Source of the DNA: the human T2T-CHM13v2.0 reference genome, Homo sapiens
Assembly: GCF_009914755.1 (NCBI RefSeq)
Contig: NC_060947.1
DNA: 64,000 bases
Direction: 5' to 3' (one strand)
Below the pieces are notes generated by a model. That model was not told the DNA's origin. It was given only the letters and a program-made list of their open reading frames with translations, and ran no database searches. Positions 1 to 24,766 of the stretch are shown piece after piece. The stretch's first letter is position 1. Each line of letters starts with the position of its first letter. The position numbers were made by a program, and so were the translations under genes.

Positions 1-574
1 CTGGGAGACCAGAAGAGTGCGAGCCCTCGGCTCAGCTGGGGCTCAACCCCGACTCTTCATAGCTGCTCGCAGCGGCCTTGGCATCACGAGTCCTGGGACT
101 CATTTTTACACTCCTCCTTTTCTTCCTGGCCATTCAGTGATTCAGTTCCTTAGGACTCAGTCCTAGGATTGCACTCTTCTCATATAACTCTTCCAGACAC
201 CCTCAGTTATGTACATGACTTCAAATATCACCCCCATGCAGATGACTCACATTTTAATCTCTAGGCCATATCATTCCACTGAGGCTCAAATCCAGTAAGC
301 ATGTGTTTGCTATTATTATTACTGCTGCTACTATTCTTTTTCTTCACTGGAAGTTTTTTACCTCAGCATGTTAGGAAAGTTAGATGATTTTTTTATGGAA
401 GGGGTGCGGACACATCTCCAATATCCAATTTTATAATGTTTCATTAAGAAAATAGGATTTTCGTGACAGGTTTTACACCTCTATAAAGTGATAGCATATT
501 TACCACACAATTGCATCAGCTTCAGGATTAAGGGAGACTGTATTCACCTGATGAGGGAGTACAGTATTTTGTAT

Positions 575-726
575 AGAATGCCACTGTGCTAGGCACTTCT
601 ACCCACATTATTTTATTTAATCCTCACACTTGCTCTGTGAGGTAGGTATTATTATCACAACTTCTTATAGATGAGGAAACTAGGGAACAAAATAGAAAAT
701 AGCTTGCCTGGGATCATACAGCTACT
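575..726 (-). mobile_element. MIR fragment
   Basis: ATTTAATCCTCAC...GTGAGGTAGGTATTATT...AGATGAGGAAACT core. Confidence 0.75.
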
Positions 727-877
727 GAAGAGCTGTCCTAGAGTCATTTGAAAACATCTACAACCTAAAAACCTAAAAGGGATCTTGGAAGAGGATCTTG
801 ATATGATGACCCTCTAGCCTAGCAGAGTCCCTTTGACAAGACTAACTGGGGAACAGGGAGGCTCTTGGTTGATCAGT

Positions 878-1262
878 GATATCTTACATTGATGTAAGGC
901 TTTTCCAAATAACTTTTACATCTCTGATCACCTGCTCTCTAACCTCACTGAGATGCCTAGGTACTCTACCTCTCAATTCATCCAGATGAAGTAATTATCT
1001 CCCAGTTATAGTAGTTTTCTCTCCTACACTCCATGAACTGCCACTCCAATGTTACTGTCTCTGAGACCTCTGCCTCCATTATCCTCTTTCTTCCTTTCTG
1101 CTCCCAAAGTCCCAGAAACTGCTAGAGGGAGAACGAAGTAGACAAATATAAATTCATGCTGTCCAATTTCAACTTGGCCCTTGCAGCTGCTCAGCAACCC
1201 TTTTATTTGTCTCATACATTCCCTGGCACTCTCCCACAGAGGCTGTTCCAGACCTTCCTCTT
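878..1262. repeat. Inverted repeat, left arm
   Basis: Reverse complement of 6174-6531 plus 6849-6875. The same 63-aa ORF appears at 1024-1215(-) and 6221-6412(+). Confidence 0.95.
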
Positions 1263-1473
1263 CTTAAATTCCAACTCCTCCTGTTCCACTCCTTCAGACT
1301 AATCTGTGCACTTTCATCAGATGCTTGAGAATTCAATAACATTGTTTTAAAACTTTTTAATAAAGAATTTATAACATGTATAAAAGTAGACAGACTAGTA
1401 TAATGAAAGTATTTCAGTATATATCTCTAAAAAGTAAGAATTATTTTTTAAAAAATCATATTAGCACACATAA

Positions 1474-1755
<282 letters not shown>

Positions 1756-1831
1756 TAGGCTGGTCTCGAACTCCTGACCTCAGGTGATCCACCCGCCTCG
1801 GCCTCTCAAAGTGCTGGGATTACAGGCATGA

Positions 1832-2801
<970 letters not shown>

Positions 2802-2803
2802 TA

Positions 2804-3154
<351 letters not shown>

Positions 3155-3337
3155 TTATCTTTATCTCATTTTTTCCTTGCAATGTTTTCATTGAAGGAAT
3201 TGGATTATTTTTCAGTAGAGTTTCACACAATCTGGGTTTTGCTGATTGCAATTTTGTCACATAATTTGTTTCCTTGACCTGTATGTTGTATATATTGATA
3301 TAAAATCAATAACATCTTGGCTGGACGCGGTGGCTCA

Positions 3338-3583
<246 letters not shown>

Positions 3584-3956
3584 TCAAAAAAAAAAAAAAA
3601 AAATCAATAACATCTTTTTTTTTTTTTTTTTTTTTTGAGACAGAGCCTGGAGTAGAGTGGCACAATCTCGGCTAACTGCAACCTCTGCCTCCCAGGTTCA
3701 AGCGATTCTCCTGCCTCAGCCTCCCAAGTAGCTGGGACTGCAGGTGCCCGCCACCACACCCGGCTAATTTTTGTATTTTTAGTAGAGACGGGGTTTCACC
3801 ATGTTGGCCAGGCTTGTCTCAAACTCCTGACCTCAAGTGATCCGCCCGCCTCGGCCTCCCAAAGTGTTGGGATTATTGGCGTAAGCCACCGTGCCTGGCC
3901 TACATTGCGTCTTTTATATTAATTGTCCCAGGTTTTTTTGTTTTTTTTTTTTTTGA

Positions 3957-4172
<216 letters not shown>

Positions 4173-4826
4173 TGATCCCCCACCTCAAGCCCTCAAAGTG
4201 ATGAGATTACAGGCATGACCTACTGCTTCTGGCCTCATTGTCCTGTTTTTAATGGTGACCAAGGAAATGGAAGATGTCTGGCTTGGAAAGTGACTTAGGA
4301 AGGAGCTGGGACCTCTTTAATAAGACTGAAACACATGGTTGGCGTGAAAGCTTAATAAATAGTAACAAAGGTCCAGGCAAGATAGGATGGGTGAGGGGCC
4401 ATGTAGTGTCATATTTCTACTCAGCTGGTATGTAGAACATGTCAGGCAGGGAAGCAATTGGGCTAAAGACAGAACTGGAAAAGGAGAAGTAGCAGTTGAG
4501 GAAGCAGCTGGGATTATTTCTCAGGGGATTACTCTAAACTATACCCTGTTTTCTAAATATATCTTATTAATTCCCACCTCTGTGCCTTTGTCCAGGATGT
4601 TTGTCCTGGTTGGAATATCATCTCCTTTCTCTTCACCTATCCAAATCCTACTTATCTTCTTTTTTTTTTTTTTTTTTGGAGACAGAGTCTAGCTCTGTCG
4701 CCCAGGCTGGAGTATAGTGGCGCAATCTCAGCTCACTGCAACCTCCACCTCCTGCATTCAAGTGATTCTCTGTCTCAGCCTCCCGAGTAACTGAGATTAC
4801 AGGTGTGTGCCACCACGCCCAGCTAA

Positions 4827-4982
<156 letters not shown>

Positions 4983-5322
4983 TGAGACAGAGAGTCTGCT
5001 CTGTCATCCAGGCTGGAGTGCAGTGGCGTGACCATGGCTCACCACAGCCTCAACCTCCTGGGCTCAAGTGATCCTCCCATCTCAGCCTCTTGGGTACCTG
5101 GTACTACAGGCATGCACCACCATGCCCAACTAATTTTTAAATTTTTTGTAGAGACAAGGTCTTACTATGTTGTCCACGCTGGTCTCAAACTCCTAGACTC
5201 AAGCGATTCTCCCATCTTAGCCTCCCAAAGTGCTGGGATTACAGGCTAGAGCCACTCCACCTGGCCTCCAAATCCTACTTATCTGTTGTAAAATTTATTT
5301 TTGTAATTTTTTTTTGAGATAG

Positions 5323-5702
<380 letters not shown>

Positions 5703-5776
5703 TGACCTCGCGATCCACCTGCCTGGGCCTCCAAAAGTGCTGGGATTACAGATGTGAGCCACCACGCCCGGCCTAA

Positions 5777-5995
<219 letters not shown>

Positions 5996-6173
5996 TAAGA
6001 GATAAATAACATTTATTGCTTTCCCAGGAATGGAACTGGATGTCTAGAGGATTGAGCTGGGAGGGAGAAAGATACTGATTTGTTGCAGGAGGGATAGTTA
6101 ATGTAATGAAACTGTCTAATATGAAGTTTTTAGAAGTAGAAGGAGGGAGACTGGAATTTGTAGTTTGAAGAGA

Positions 6174-6875
<702 letters not shown>

Positions 6876-7031
6876 TCGGGATAGCCTGGGAGTCTCGCTC
6901 TGTCTCCCAGGCAGGATTGTGGTAGCATGACATCAGCTCACTGCAGTCTCTACTCCCGGGCTCAAGCAATTCTCCTGCCTCAGCCTCCCGAATAGCTGGA
7001 ACTACAGGCATGTGCCACCATGACTGGCTAA

Positions 7032-7187
<156 letters not shown>

Positions 7188-8023
7188 TGAGGAAACAATC
7201 CCTGGGATGTTATATGATTTTCCTTAGGTCACACAGCTGGCAAGTGTCAGAGCAGGGACTTAAATCCAGGTCTGACTACAAAACCCATATTCTTTTTTTT
7301 TTTTTTTACTGCATGTCATGAAATTCAAAGCCTATATTCTTTGATGTCCAGCAATACTTTTTCAGCAAACACTCCCCTCTATTAAATGAATCTTATTTTG
7401 CCAGTGACATCTGTTGTAAAATTATAAATGCATTCTCACCAAAGAAACTATACAGAGTTAAAAGCTTTCAGTGACCAAGGGGTTAACTGGGTAGGGTGAG
7501 AGAGAAGCTTGGAGGCACTGAAATGAGTTGAAGGTAATTGCAGTGGTCCAAGGGAGAAAGATGAGACTCCAGATTAACGGTATGGTAGGAAAAATGGAAC
7601 AGGGGGTAATGGATTTAAGAGATAGTTCCAAAGGTAGGAGTGAAAGTAATGTGGCCATGCTGGTCTTCTGTATTCCCTGAACGTATACAGCTCACTCCTT
7701 CCTCAGTTCGTCTGCACTATCTGATACTCCTGCCTGGAATTCTCTCTCTCTCTCTTTTTTTGTTTTTTTGACAGGTTCGCGCTCTGTTACCCTGGCTGGA
7801 GTGCAGTGGTGATCTTAGCTCACTGTAGCCTCCACCTCCCGGACACAGGTGATCCTCCCACCTCAGCCTCCCAAGTAGCTGAGACCACAGATGCACGCCA
7901 CCATGCCCAGCTAATTTTTTTGTAGAGACATGGTTTCGCCATGTTGGCCAAGCTGGTCTTGGAACTCCTGGGCTCAAGCAATTTGCCTACCTCAGCCTCT
8001 CAGTGTTGGGATTACAGTCGTGA

Positions 8024-8984
<961 letters not shown>

Positions 8985-9227
8985 TGAATAGCTGGCTCTT
9001 CATTCAGGTCTTAGCTCAAACATCATCTCTCATGATGGGAACTGATTAATTATCTTGAAAACTGGTCAATGAAGGGGAAAAAAAATCAAACATTTATCCT
9101 GCCTTTCCTAGGTGAACTGGGTAACAAAATAGTAGATGAGAGGACATGTTGTTACACAACTATTCCAATGAATAAAAAGAAAAATAATAGAATATAACAA
9201 TTTTTAATTCTCAACAAATAGATATAG

Positions 9228-9687
<460 letters not shown>

Positions 9688-9730
9688 TGAGTAGCTGGGA
9701 TTACAGGCGCCCGCCACCATGCCCAGCTAA

Positions 9731-9919
<189 letters not shown>

Positions 9920-10067
9920 TAATTTCAACACTTTATGAGGCTGAGGCAGGAGGATCCCTTGAGTCCAGGAGTTTGAGACCAGCCTGAGGAACATGGCAAA
10001 AACTTGTCTCTACAAAAAAATACAAAAATTAGCCAGGTATGATAGTGTGCACCTGTAGTCCCAGCTA

Positions 10068-10468
<401 letters not shown>

Positions 10469-10531
10469 TCAAAAAAATATGTAATAATAATAAATAAAAC
10501 CTCTCAGAAATGCCTTTTTTGACCATCTTCT

Positions 10532-10801
10532 TGTTATAAGTAAAATGTTTATTCAGAAACAGAATGCTTGTTCCTCGGTACCACAAGGAAAAATTAGCAT
10601 TCAGACAAAAAGTTTTCTCAGCAAGGCAATTTTACTTTCTGCAGAAAGTAAAATTTCTGCATTGTTCCATCTGTGAGGAGCACCCTTTCTGTAGAAAGTA
10701 AAATTGCCTTGCTGCGAAAACTTTTTGTCTGAATGCTGATTTTTCCTTGCAGTACCGAGGAATAAGCATTCTGTTTCTGAATAAATATTTTACTTATAAG
10801 A
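10532..10801. mobile_element. Palindromic fold-back element with LTR-like termini
   Basis: 115-bp inverted arms at 10534-10648 and 10685-10799 with 7 mismatches. TG...GA ends, 4-bp TSD TTCT at 10528-10531 and 10802-10805. Confidence 0.8.
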
Positions 10802-10929
10802 TTCTCTAAATTAGCACCTACTGTCTCAGTGACTATCACATTACCCTGTTTGATTTTTTCCATAGCCCTTATTGACTGAAGTTTCCTTACATGAGAAGCA
10901 ATAGAACATGATTGTTGAAAGGGCAAACT

Positions 10930-11150
10930 ATAGCAGCAGGATGCCTGGATTTAAATTTTGTCTCTCTACTTACTAGCTATATGATCTTCAACTACTTAAG
11001 AGCTCTATGCTTCAGTTTCCCCAATTGTAAAATGGGGATGATAACAGTGCTTATATCATGGAGTCATTAGGAGTATTAAATGAGTTAACACATCCAAAGC
11101 CCCTAGCCCAGTGCCTGGTACAGGGTAAACATATGTTAGCAATTGTATTG
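10930..11150 (+). mobile_element. MIR
   Basis: CTTCAGTTTCCCCAATTGTAAAATGGGGATGATAACAGT...ATTAAATGAG...CAGTGCCTGG core. Confidence 0.8.
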
Positions 11151-12480
11151 CATAATTACTTGTTTACATGTACATTGTTTCTCTTTCACTAGAATATAAG
11201 TCTATCTTAGTGCACTCTTCCCAGCAACTAAAATTGCCTAGCATGTGTGATTAATAAATATTTGTTGAATGCAGGACCTAAACTGGAATGGCAAAGAACA
11301 GATAGGAGAGAGGCTGGGTGCAGTGGCTCACACCTGTAATCTCAGCACTTCGGGAGGCCGAGTCAGGTGGATTGCCTGAGCTCAGGAGTTTGAGACCAGC
11401 CTGGCCAACATGGGGAATCCCCATCTGTACTAAAAATACAAAAAATTAGCTGGACGTGGTGGTGAGTGCCTGTAGTTTCAGCTACTCGGGAGGCTGAGGC
11501 AAGAGAATCACTTGAACTCAGCAGGTGGAGGTTGCAGTGAGCCGAGATCGTGCCACTGTACTCCAGCTTGGGTGACAGAGCAAGACTTTGTCTGAAAAAA
11601 AAAAACAAACAAACACCAACAAACAAACAAAAAATAGGAGAGAGACATGTAAAATATTATTAAAAAGAAGAAGAAAACCCTGAACTTAATTTTTTTTTTT
11701 CTGATGAGGAGGGAAGGGTATAAGATGACTCCAAGGCTTCAAGCTTAAGTAACAACTGGAAAGCTAGTGCTTTTAACAAAAATAGGAAAACCATGAACTG
11801 GAACTAATATTATTTGAATATTATTCTGATAATTAATTTTATTTTAGGTATGAGTTTGAAGTAATGGCAAAACATGTCAGTGGACATGCTAGCAGGCAGT
11901 TAATTGTAAATGCAGCATAGGAGTTCATGAGAAAAGTCCGCACTGAAGATAGGTTTGAATATCACCTGTGTCATTGTGACACTTAAATATTCAACATTCT
12001 GATATGAGCTTCCATCATCTCTAAAAAGCAACAAACTTGCAGAAGTGAATACAATGGAAAGTAAAAGACTTGAACCCTCCAATTTATTCTTCAGAGAAAG
12101 TCACTATTAGCAGTAGTGAGCCGAGATCACGCCACTGCACTCCAGCCTGGGCGACAGAGCGAGACTCCGTCTCAAAAAAAAAAGAAAAAAAAAAAATTAG
12201 CCGGGTATGGTGGCACATGCCTGTAGTCATGGCTTCCCAGGAGACTGAAGCAGAAAGATTGCTTGAGCTCAGGAGTTCAAGGATATGGTGAGCTATGATG
12301 GTGCCACTGCACTCCAGCTTGGGTGATAGCGAGACCCTGTCTCAAAAAAATAATAATAAGGCCGGGTGCGGTGGCTCACGCCTGTAATCTCAGCACTTTG
12401 GGAGGCCAAGGCGGGTGGATCACCTGAGGTCAGGAGTTCGAGACCAGCCTGACCAAAATGGTGAAACCCTGGCTCTACTA

Positions 12481-13012
<532 letters not shown>

Positions 13013-13369
13013 TGATCTGCCCCCCTCGGCCTCCCAAAGTGCTGGGATTACAGGCATGAGCCACCGCGCCGTGCCTTTTTTTTTTTTTTCTTAAGAGATG
13101 GGATCTCACTATTTTGACCAGGCTGGTCTTGAACTCCTGGTCTCTAATGATCCTTCTACCTCAGCCTCTCAAATTGCTGGCATTAAAATGTAAGCTACCA
13201 CGCCTGGCCTCTCATATTTTCTAACTGAATGTTGTTTTTAAATAGGGGAAGTTATTCCCATAATGTGGGAGCAGGTAAAAAATTTTAAAAGGATAAAAAG
13301 AGAAAAGAAATAAATAGGGAAGTTACTGATTTAAAACTTATCAAACTTTTTTCTGTTTAATTCTAATAG

Positions 13370-13649
<280 letters not shown>

Positions 13650-13858
13650 TAGCCAGGATGGTCTCCATCTCCTCACCTCATGATCCACCCGCTTTGGCCT
13701 CCCAAAGTGTTGGGATTACAGGCGTGAGCCACCACACCCAGCCTCTCTTTACAATATTTCTAACGTTTATCTTCTTTTTTTAATTTTTTTTTGTTTTTTT
13801 AAGAAATGGGTTTTTGCCATGTTGCCCAGGCTGGTCTCGAAATCCTGAGCTCAAGTGA

Positions 13859-14255
<397 letters not shown>

Positions 14256-15296
14256 TAGCCAGGATGGTCTAGATCTCCTGACCTCATGATCTGCCCGCCT
14301 CGGCCTCCCAAAGTGCTGGGATTACAGGCGTGAGCAACCGCGCCTGGCCATATTTCACTATTGAGTATGATGATTGAAATTGTTTTCTCATAGATAACTC
14401 TTTATCAAGTTGTGAATTTCTACAGTTTCTAGCCTATTGAGAATTTTTTTGTTTGGTTGGTTTTTTTTTTTTTTTTGAAACAGGGTCTTGCTCTGTCATC
14501 CAGTGCAGCGGGGCAATCATGGCTCACTGCAGCTTTGACCTCCTGGACTCAAGTGATCCTCTCACCTCAGCCTCCCAAGTAGATGGGACTACCAGCAGAC
14601 ACCACCACACTCAACTAATTTATTCTTATTGTTTGTAGAGATGGAGTCTCCCTATGTTGCCTAGGCTGGTCTCGAACTCCTAGGCTCAAGCAGTCCTACT
14701 GCCTTGGCCTCCCAAAGTGGTGGGATTATAGGCATGAGCCACAGCGCCTGGCTGAGAACATATTTTTAAGATACTATAAGAACAAAGTAAATAATTCAAA
14801 TAGTAGAAAAAGGTATGTGAAGAGTTGTCCATCTCTGTTCCCCTGTTCCCAAATTTCCTTGCTGACAGGCAATTCCTGTTCATTTTTATATCTCCTACCA
14901 GAGATCAATTGATCCAAATATAAGCACATATATGAATGCTATTTTTTACACAAATAATAGAATAATATATACACTGTTCTAAGCCCTGATTTTTTTTTTT
15001 TTTTTTGAGACAGAGCCTCTCTCTGTCTCCCAGGCTGGAGTGCAGTGGCGTGATCTCGGCTCACTGCAACCTCCACCTCCTGGGTTCAAGCAGTTCTCTG
15101 CCACAACCTCCCGAGTAGCTGACATTACAGGCGCCTGCCACCATGCCCAGCTAATTTTTTGTATTTTTAGTAGAGATGAGGTTTCACCATCTTGGCCAGG
15201 CTAGTCTTGAACTCCTGACCTTGTGATCCACCCACCTCAGCCTCCCAAACTGCTGGGATTACAGGCGTGAGCCACTACACCCAGCCTAAGCCCTGA

Positions 15297-15767
<471 letters not shown>

Positions 15768-15879
15768 TCAACTGCATTCTGTAGCATCTCGATATACAGT
15801 TTTCTCTGCACCATTTGTTGAAGAGACTCTCTTTTTCCCCATTGAATATTGTTGGTACCCCCTTGTCAAAATCAATTGA

Positions 15880-16985
<1,106 letters not shown>

Positions 16986-17433
16986 AAGATCAATTGACCA
17001 TATATGTGAGGATTTATTTCTGGGCTCTCTAGTCTATTCCATTGGTCCATATGTGTGTCTTTATGCCAGTATCACACTCTTTTGATTACTGTAGCTTTTG
17101 TAGTAAGTTTTCAAATCTGGAAGTGTAAGTCCTCCAACTTTTTTTTCTTCTTTTTAAAGACTGTTTTAGATAATTGAAGTCCCTTCAGATTCTACATGAT
17201 TTTTTTTTTTTTTTGAGACTGAGTCTCACTCTGTTGCCCATGCTGGAGTGCAGTGGTGTGATCTCAGCTCACTGCAACTCTGCCTCCCGTGTTCAAGCGA
17301 TTCTCCTGCCACAGCCTCCCAAGTAGCTGGGATAACAGGCACGGGTCACCACGCCTGGCTAAATTTTTTTTTTTTGTATTTTTATTACAGACAGGGTAAT
17401 GTTGGTCCGGCCATGTTGGTCAGGCTGATCTCA

Positions 17434-17745
<312 letters not shown>

Positions 17746-18464
17746 TTACAGGCATTCACCATCATGCCCGGCTAATTTTTGTATTTTTGTCAAGATGGGG
17801 TTTCGCCATGTTGTCCAGGCTGTTCTTGAATTCCTGACCTCAGGTGATCTGCCTGCCTCGGCCTCCCAACGTGCTGGGATTACAGGCGTAAGCCACTGCG
17901 CCCAGACCAGAAGAGTATTTTTATCATAACAATATGAGGAGTAATTCATCATATAATGTCTTCCAATCCATGAAGACAGGATATCTTTCCATTTATTTAT
18001 GTCTTCTTTAATTTCACTCAGCAATGTTTTGTAGTTTTCATTGCTAGCGTATGGAAATTCAATTAATTTTTGTGTGCTGATTTTGTATACTACAGCTTTG
18101 CTCAATTCACTTATTAGCTATAATCATTTTTTTTGTGTAACCTTTAGGGTTTTGTACATATATACCATCATGTCATCTGTAAAAAGAGACAATCTTACTT
18201 CTCCCTTTCCAATCTAGTTAACTTTTATTTCTTTTTCTTGCTTAATTACTGGCTAAAACTTCTGCTACTATATTTAATAGGAGTGGTGAAGGTAGCCGGA
18301 CACGGTGGTTCACGTCTGTAATCCCAGCACTTTGGGAGGCTGAGGCGGGCAGATCACCTGAGGTCAGGAGTTCAAGACCAGCCTGACCAACATGGAGAAA
18401 CCCCGTCTCTATTAAAAATACGAAATTAGCTGGACATGGTGGTGCATGCCTGTAATCCCAGCTA

Positions 18465-18614
<150 letters not shown>

Positions 18615-19078
18615 TTATGAAGAAAGCTTTCAATCTTTCACCATTGTGTATGATGTTACGTATGAGTTTTTCATATAGGTACTTTTTATCATGTTGAGGA
18701 AGTTCTCTTCTATTCCTAGTTTACTGTTTGCTTTTTATCATGACAGGATGTTGGATTTTGTCAAATACTTTTTCTACATCAACTGAGATGATCATGTGGT
18801 TTTTTCCTTCATTCTATTAATGTAGTTATATTCATTGATTGATTTTCCAATGTTTAACCATTCTTGCATTCTAGGAATAAATCCCAGTTGGTTATGGTCT
18901 ATTACCTTTTAATATGCTGCTGAATTTGGTTTGCTAGCATTTTGTTAAGGTTTTTGCATCAATATTCATAAAGGATATTGGTCTGTAGTTTTCTTTTCAC
19001 ATAGTGTCTTTCTCTGGCTTTGATATCAGTGTAATGCTGACCTCATAGAATGAGCTAGGAAGTGTTCTTTCCTCTTCA

Positions 19079-19432
<354 letters not shown>

Positions 19433-19479
19433 TCACACCTGTGATCCCAGCACTTTGGGAGGCCGAGGCAAGTGGATCA

Positions 19480-19760
<281 letters not shown>

Positions 19761-19910
19761 TCAATATGATCCTGGGCTTTTCTTTGTTGGGAGGTTTTTT
19801 ATTACTGATTCAATCTCCTTACTAATTATAGAGCTTTTCAGGATTTCTAGTTCTTTATGGGTTGGTCTGGATAGATTATGTGTTTTTAGGAATTTACACA
19901 TTTCAACTAG

Positions 19911-21009
<1,099 letters not shown>

Positions 21010-22159
21010 ATCCCTCCCTCTGGGTTTTTAAACACCTTAATCTTAAGATGTAGGCTATGAAAAGTCGGTTTGGTAATAATGTTCCCATCTTCATTTCTGA
21101 TTTTAATTATTTGGGTCTTTTCTATTTTTCTTTTTCTTTTCTCTTTTCTTTCTTTTTTTAACAGACAGGGTCTTACTCTGTTACCGAAGCTGGTCTTGAA
21201 CTCCTGGACTCAAGCAGTCCTCCTGCCTCTGTTTCCCAAAGGTTGCTCTTTTTTTTCTTATTCCTTAAGGTATATATTTAGGTTATTAATTGGAGACTTT
21301 TTTTTTTTGAGATGGAGTGTCGCTCTGTCGCCTAGGCTGGAGTGCAGTCCCACAATCTCGGCTCATTGCAACCTCTACCCCCCTGCTTCAAGCCTCCTAC
21401 TTCCTACCTCAGCCTCCCGAGTAGCTAGGATTACAGGCACTCACCACCACGCCCAGCTAATTTTTTGTATTTTTAATAGAGACAGCGTTTCATCCTGTTG
21501 GCCAGGCTGGTCTTGAACTCCTGACCTCAAGTGATCTGCCCATCTCGGCCTCCCAAAGTGCTGGGATTAGAGGCATGAGCCACTGCACCTGGCTGAGACA
21601 TTTCTTTTTTAATGTATGTATTTACAACTACAAATTTCCCTGTTCCCACTGCTTTCACTGCATCCGGTAAGTTTTAGTATTTTGTGTTTTCATTTTAATT
21701 TGTCTCAAAGTATTTTCTCATTTCACTTGTGATTTCTTCTATTACCCACTGATTGTTTTAGAATGTGTTGTTTAATTTCCACATACTTGTGAATTTTCCA
21801 GTTTAATTATGTTGCTTTCTAGTTTCATTTCATTGTGATCAGATCACAAAAGATTATTTCAATCTGTTTCAATTTATTGAGGCTTGTTTTGTGGCCTAAC
21901 ATATGGTCTTTCCTCAAAATATTCCATGTACACTTGTGAAGAATTTGTATTCTGCTATTGTTCTGCATATGTCTGTTAGGTCTAATTGGTTTATAGTTTT
22001 GTTCAAATCTTCCATTTCTACATTGACCCTTTGTCTGGTTGTATTGGCCATTATTGAAAGTGGGGTATTGAGGTCTCCAACTATTATTGTAGAAGTATTT
22101 TTCCCCTTCATTTCTGTCAATTTTTGGCTTATATATTTTGGAACTCTGTTATTAGGTGC

Positions 22160-22595
22160 TGCTATGATTTGGTCCCCACCAACACTCATGTTGAAATTTG
22201 ATCATCAGTGTGGCCATGTTGGGAGGTGGGGCCTAGTGTTTGGCTCATGGAGGGGGATGGAGATCCCTCTTGAATGGCTTAGTATCATTCTTATGGTAGT
22301 GAGTGAGTTCCTGCTCTGGTGAGACTGGATTAGTTCTTGCTGGAATGGATTAATTTCCATGAAAATGGATTGTTATAAAATCAGGATGCCCCTCAACTTT
22401 TGTTTGTTCACAGGTGTCTGTTTCCACTTTGACCTTCTCTGCCATGTTATGATGTAGCATGAAACCCCTTGCCAGAAGCCAGGGCCATGCCCTTAAACTT
22501 CCCAGCCTACAAAACTGTGAGCTAAATACCTTTTTTGTTTATAAATTACTCAGTCTTGAGTATTCTGTTATAGCAACTCAAAATGGACTAAGACA
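22160..22595 (+). mobile_element. MaLR solo LTR (MST-like)
   Basis: Starts TGCTATGATTTGG and ends TATTCTGTTATAGCAAC...AAATGGACTAAGACA. 5-bp TSD GGTGC/GGTGT. It splits the L1 endonuclease domain. Confidence 0.85.
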
Positions 22596-22849
22596 GGTGT
22601 ATACATGTTTATAATTGTTATATCTTCTTGCTGTATAAACCTTTTATCAATATTTAATGTCCTTTGTCTAAACTTTTTTGGTGTAAAGCCTATTTTGTCT
22701 GACAATAATGTAGTCACCACAGCTCTCTTTTGATTACTATTTGCATGCAGTATCTTTCCCAATCTTTTTACTTTCAATCTCTTTGTGTCCTTATATCTAA
22801 CATGAGACTCTTATGGACAGTATATAGATGGATCTTTTTAAAAATCTAA

Positions 22850-23150
<301 letters not shown>

Positions 23151-23696
23151 TAGTCAGGATGGTCTCTATCTCCTGACCTCGTGATCCGCCCGCCTCAGCC
23201 TCCCAAAGTGCTGGGATTACAGGTGTGAGCCACCGTGCCCGGCCATCTATTTGTTTCTTTATGTCTTGTATGGGTTTCGTTCCTCAGTTCTTCCATTACT
23301 GCCTTTTAAAAATTTAGTTGTTTTTTTGGTGGTGTACCATTTTGATTCCCTTCTTCTTTCCTTCTCTATATGTTAAGGTTTTTTTCTTAGTGGTATTTCC
23401 AGTCTAGTGGCTCACACTCAATAATCTCAGCACTTTGGGAGGCTGAGGTGGGAGAATCAATTGAGGCCAGCAGTTTAAGACCAGCCTGGGCAATATCATA
23501 GTGAGACCTGTCTCTAAAAAAAAAAAAAAAAATATCCCTTTGTCTTTGGCTTTCAACAATTTGACTGTAATGTGTCTTGATGTGGATCTCTTTGTTTATC
23601 CTGCTTGGAGTTTAACTGTTGAACATGTATATTCGTGTCTTTTCTCAGATTTGAGAAGTTTTTGGCCATTATTTCTTCGAGTATTTTTTCTGGCTA

Positions 23697-24144
<448 letters not shown>

Positions 24145-24323
24145 TTAGATATGGTGGCATATGCCTGTAGTCCCAGCTACTCAGGAGGCTGAGGCAGGAG
24201 GATCATTTTGAGCCACGGAGTTCGAGGCTGCAGTGAGCTATGATTGCACCACCACACTCCAGCCTGGGTGACAGAGTGAGACCCTGTCTCTAAAACTATA
24301 TACATACACCTTCCTTCTTTTGA

Positions 24324-24636
<313 letters not shown>

Positions 24637-24766
24637 TGAACTCCTGACCTCGTGATCCACCCGCCTTGGCCTCCCAAAGTGCTGGGATTGTAGGCACGAG
24701 CCACCACGCCCGCCCTGTATATGTATATTTCTATACATACAAATAAATATTTGTATATGTATTTCT

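Noticed and set aside
1024-1215. 63-aa ORF present twice with identical sequence (also 6221-6412)
   Set aside because: The identity follows from the DNA inverted repeat. There is no recognisable domain, promoter or splice context, and the sequence looks L2-derived.
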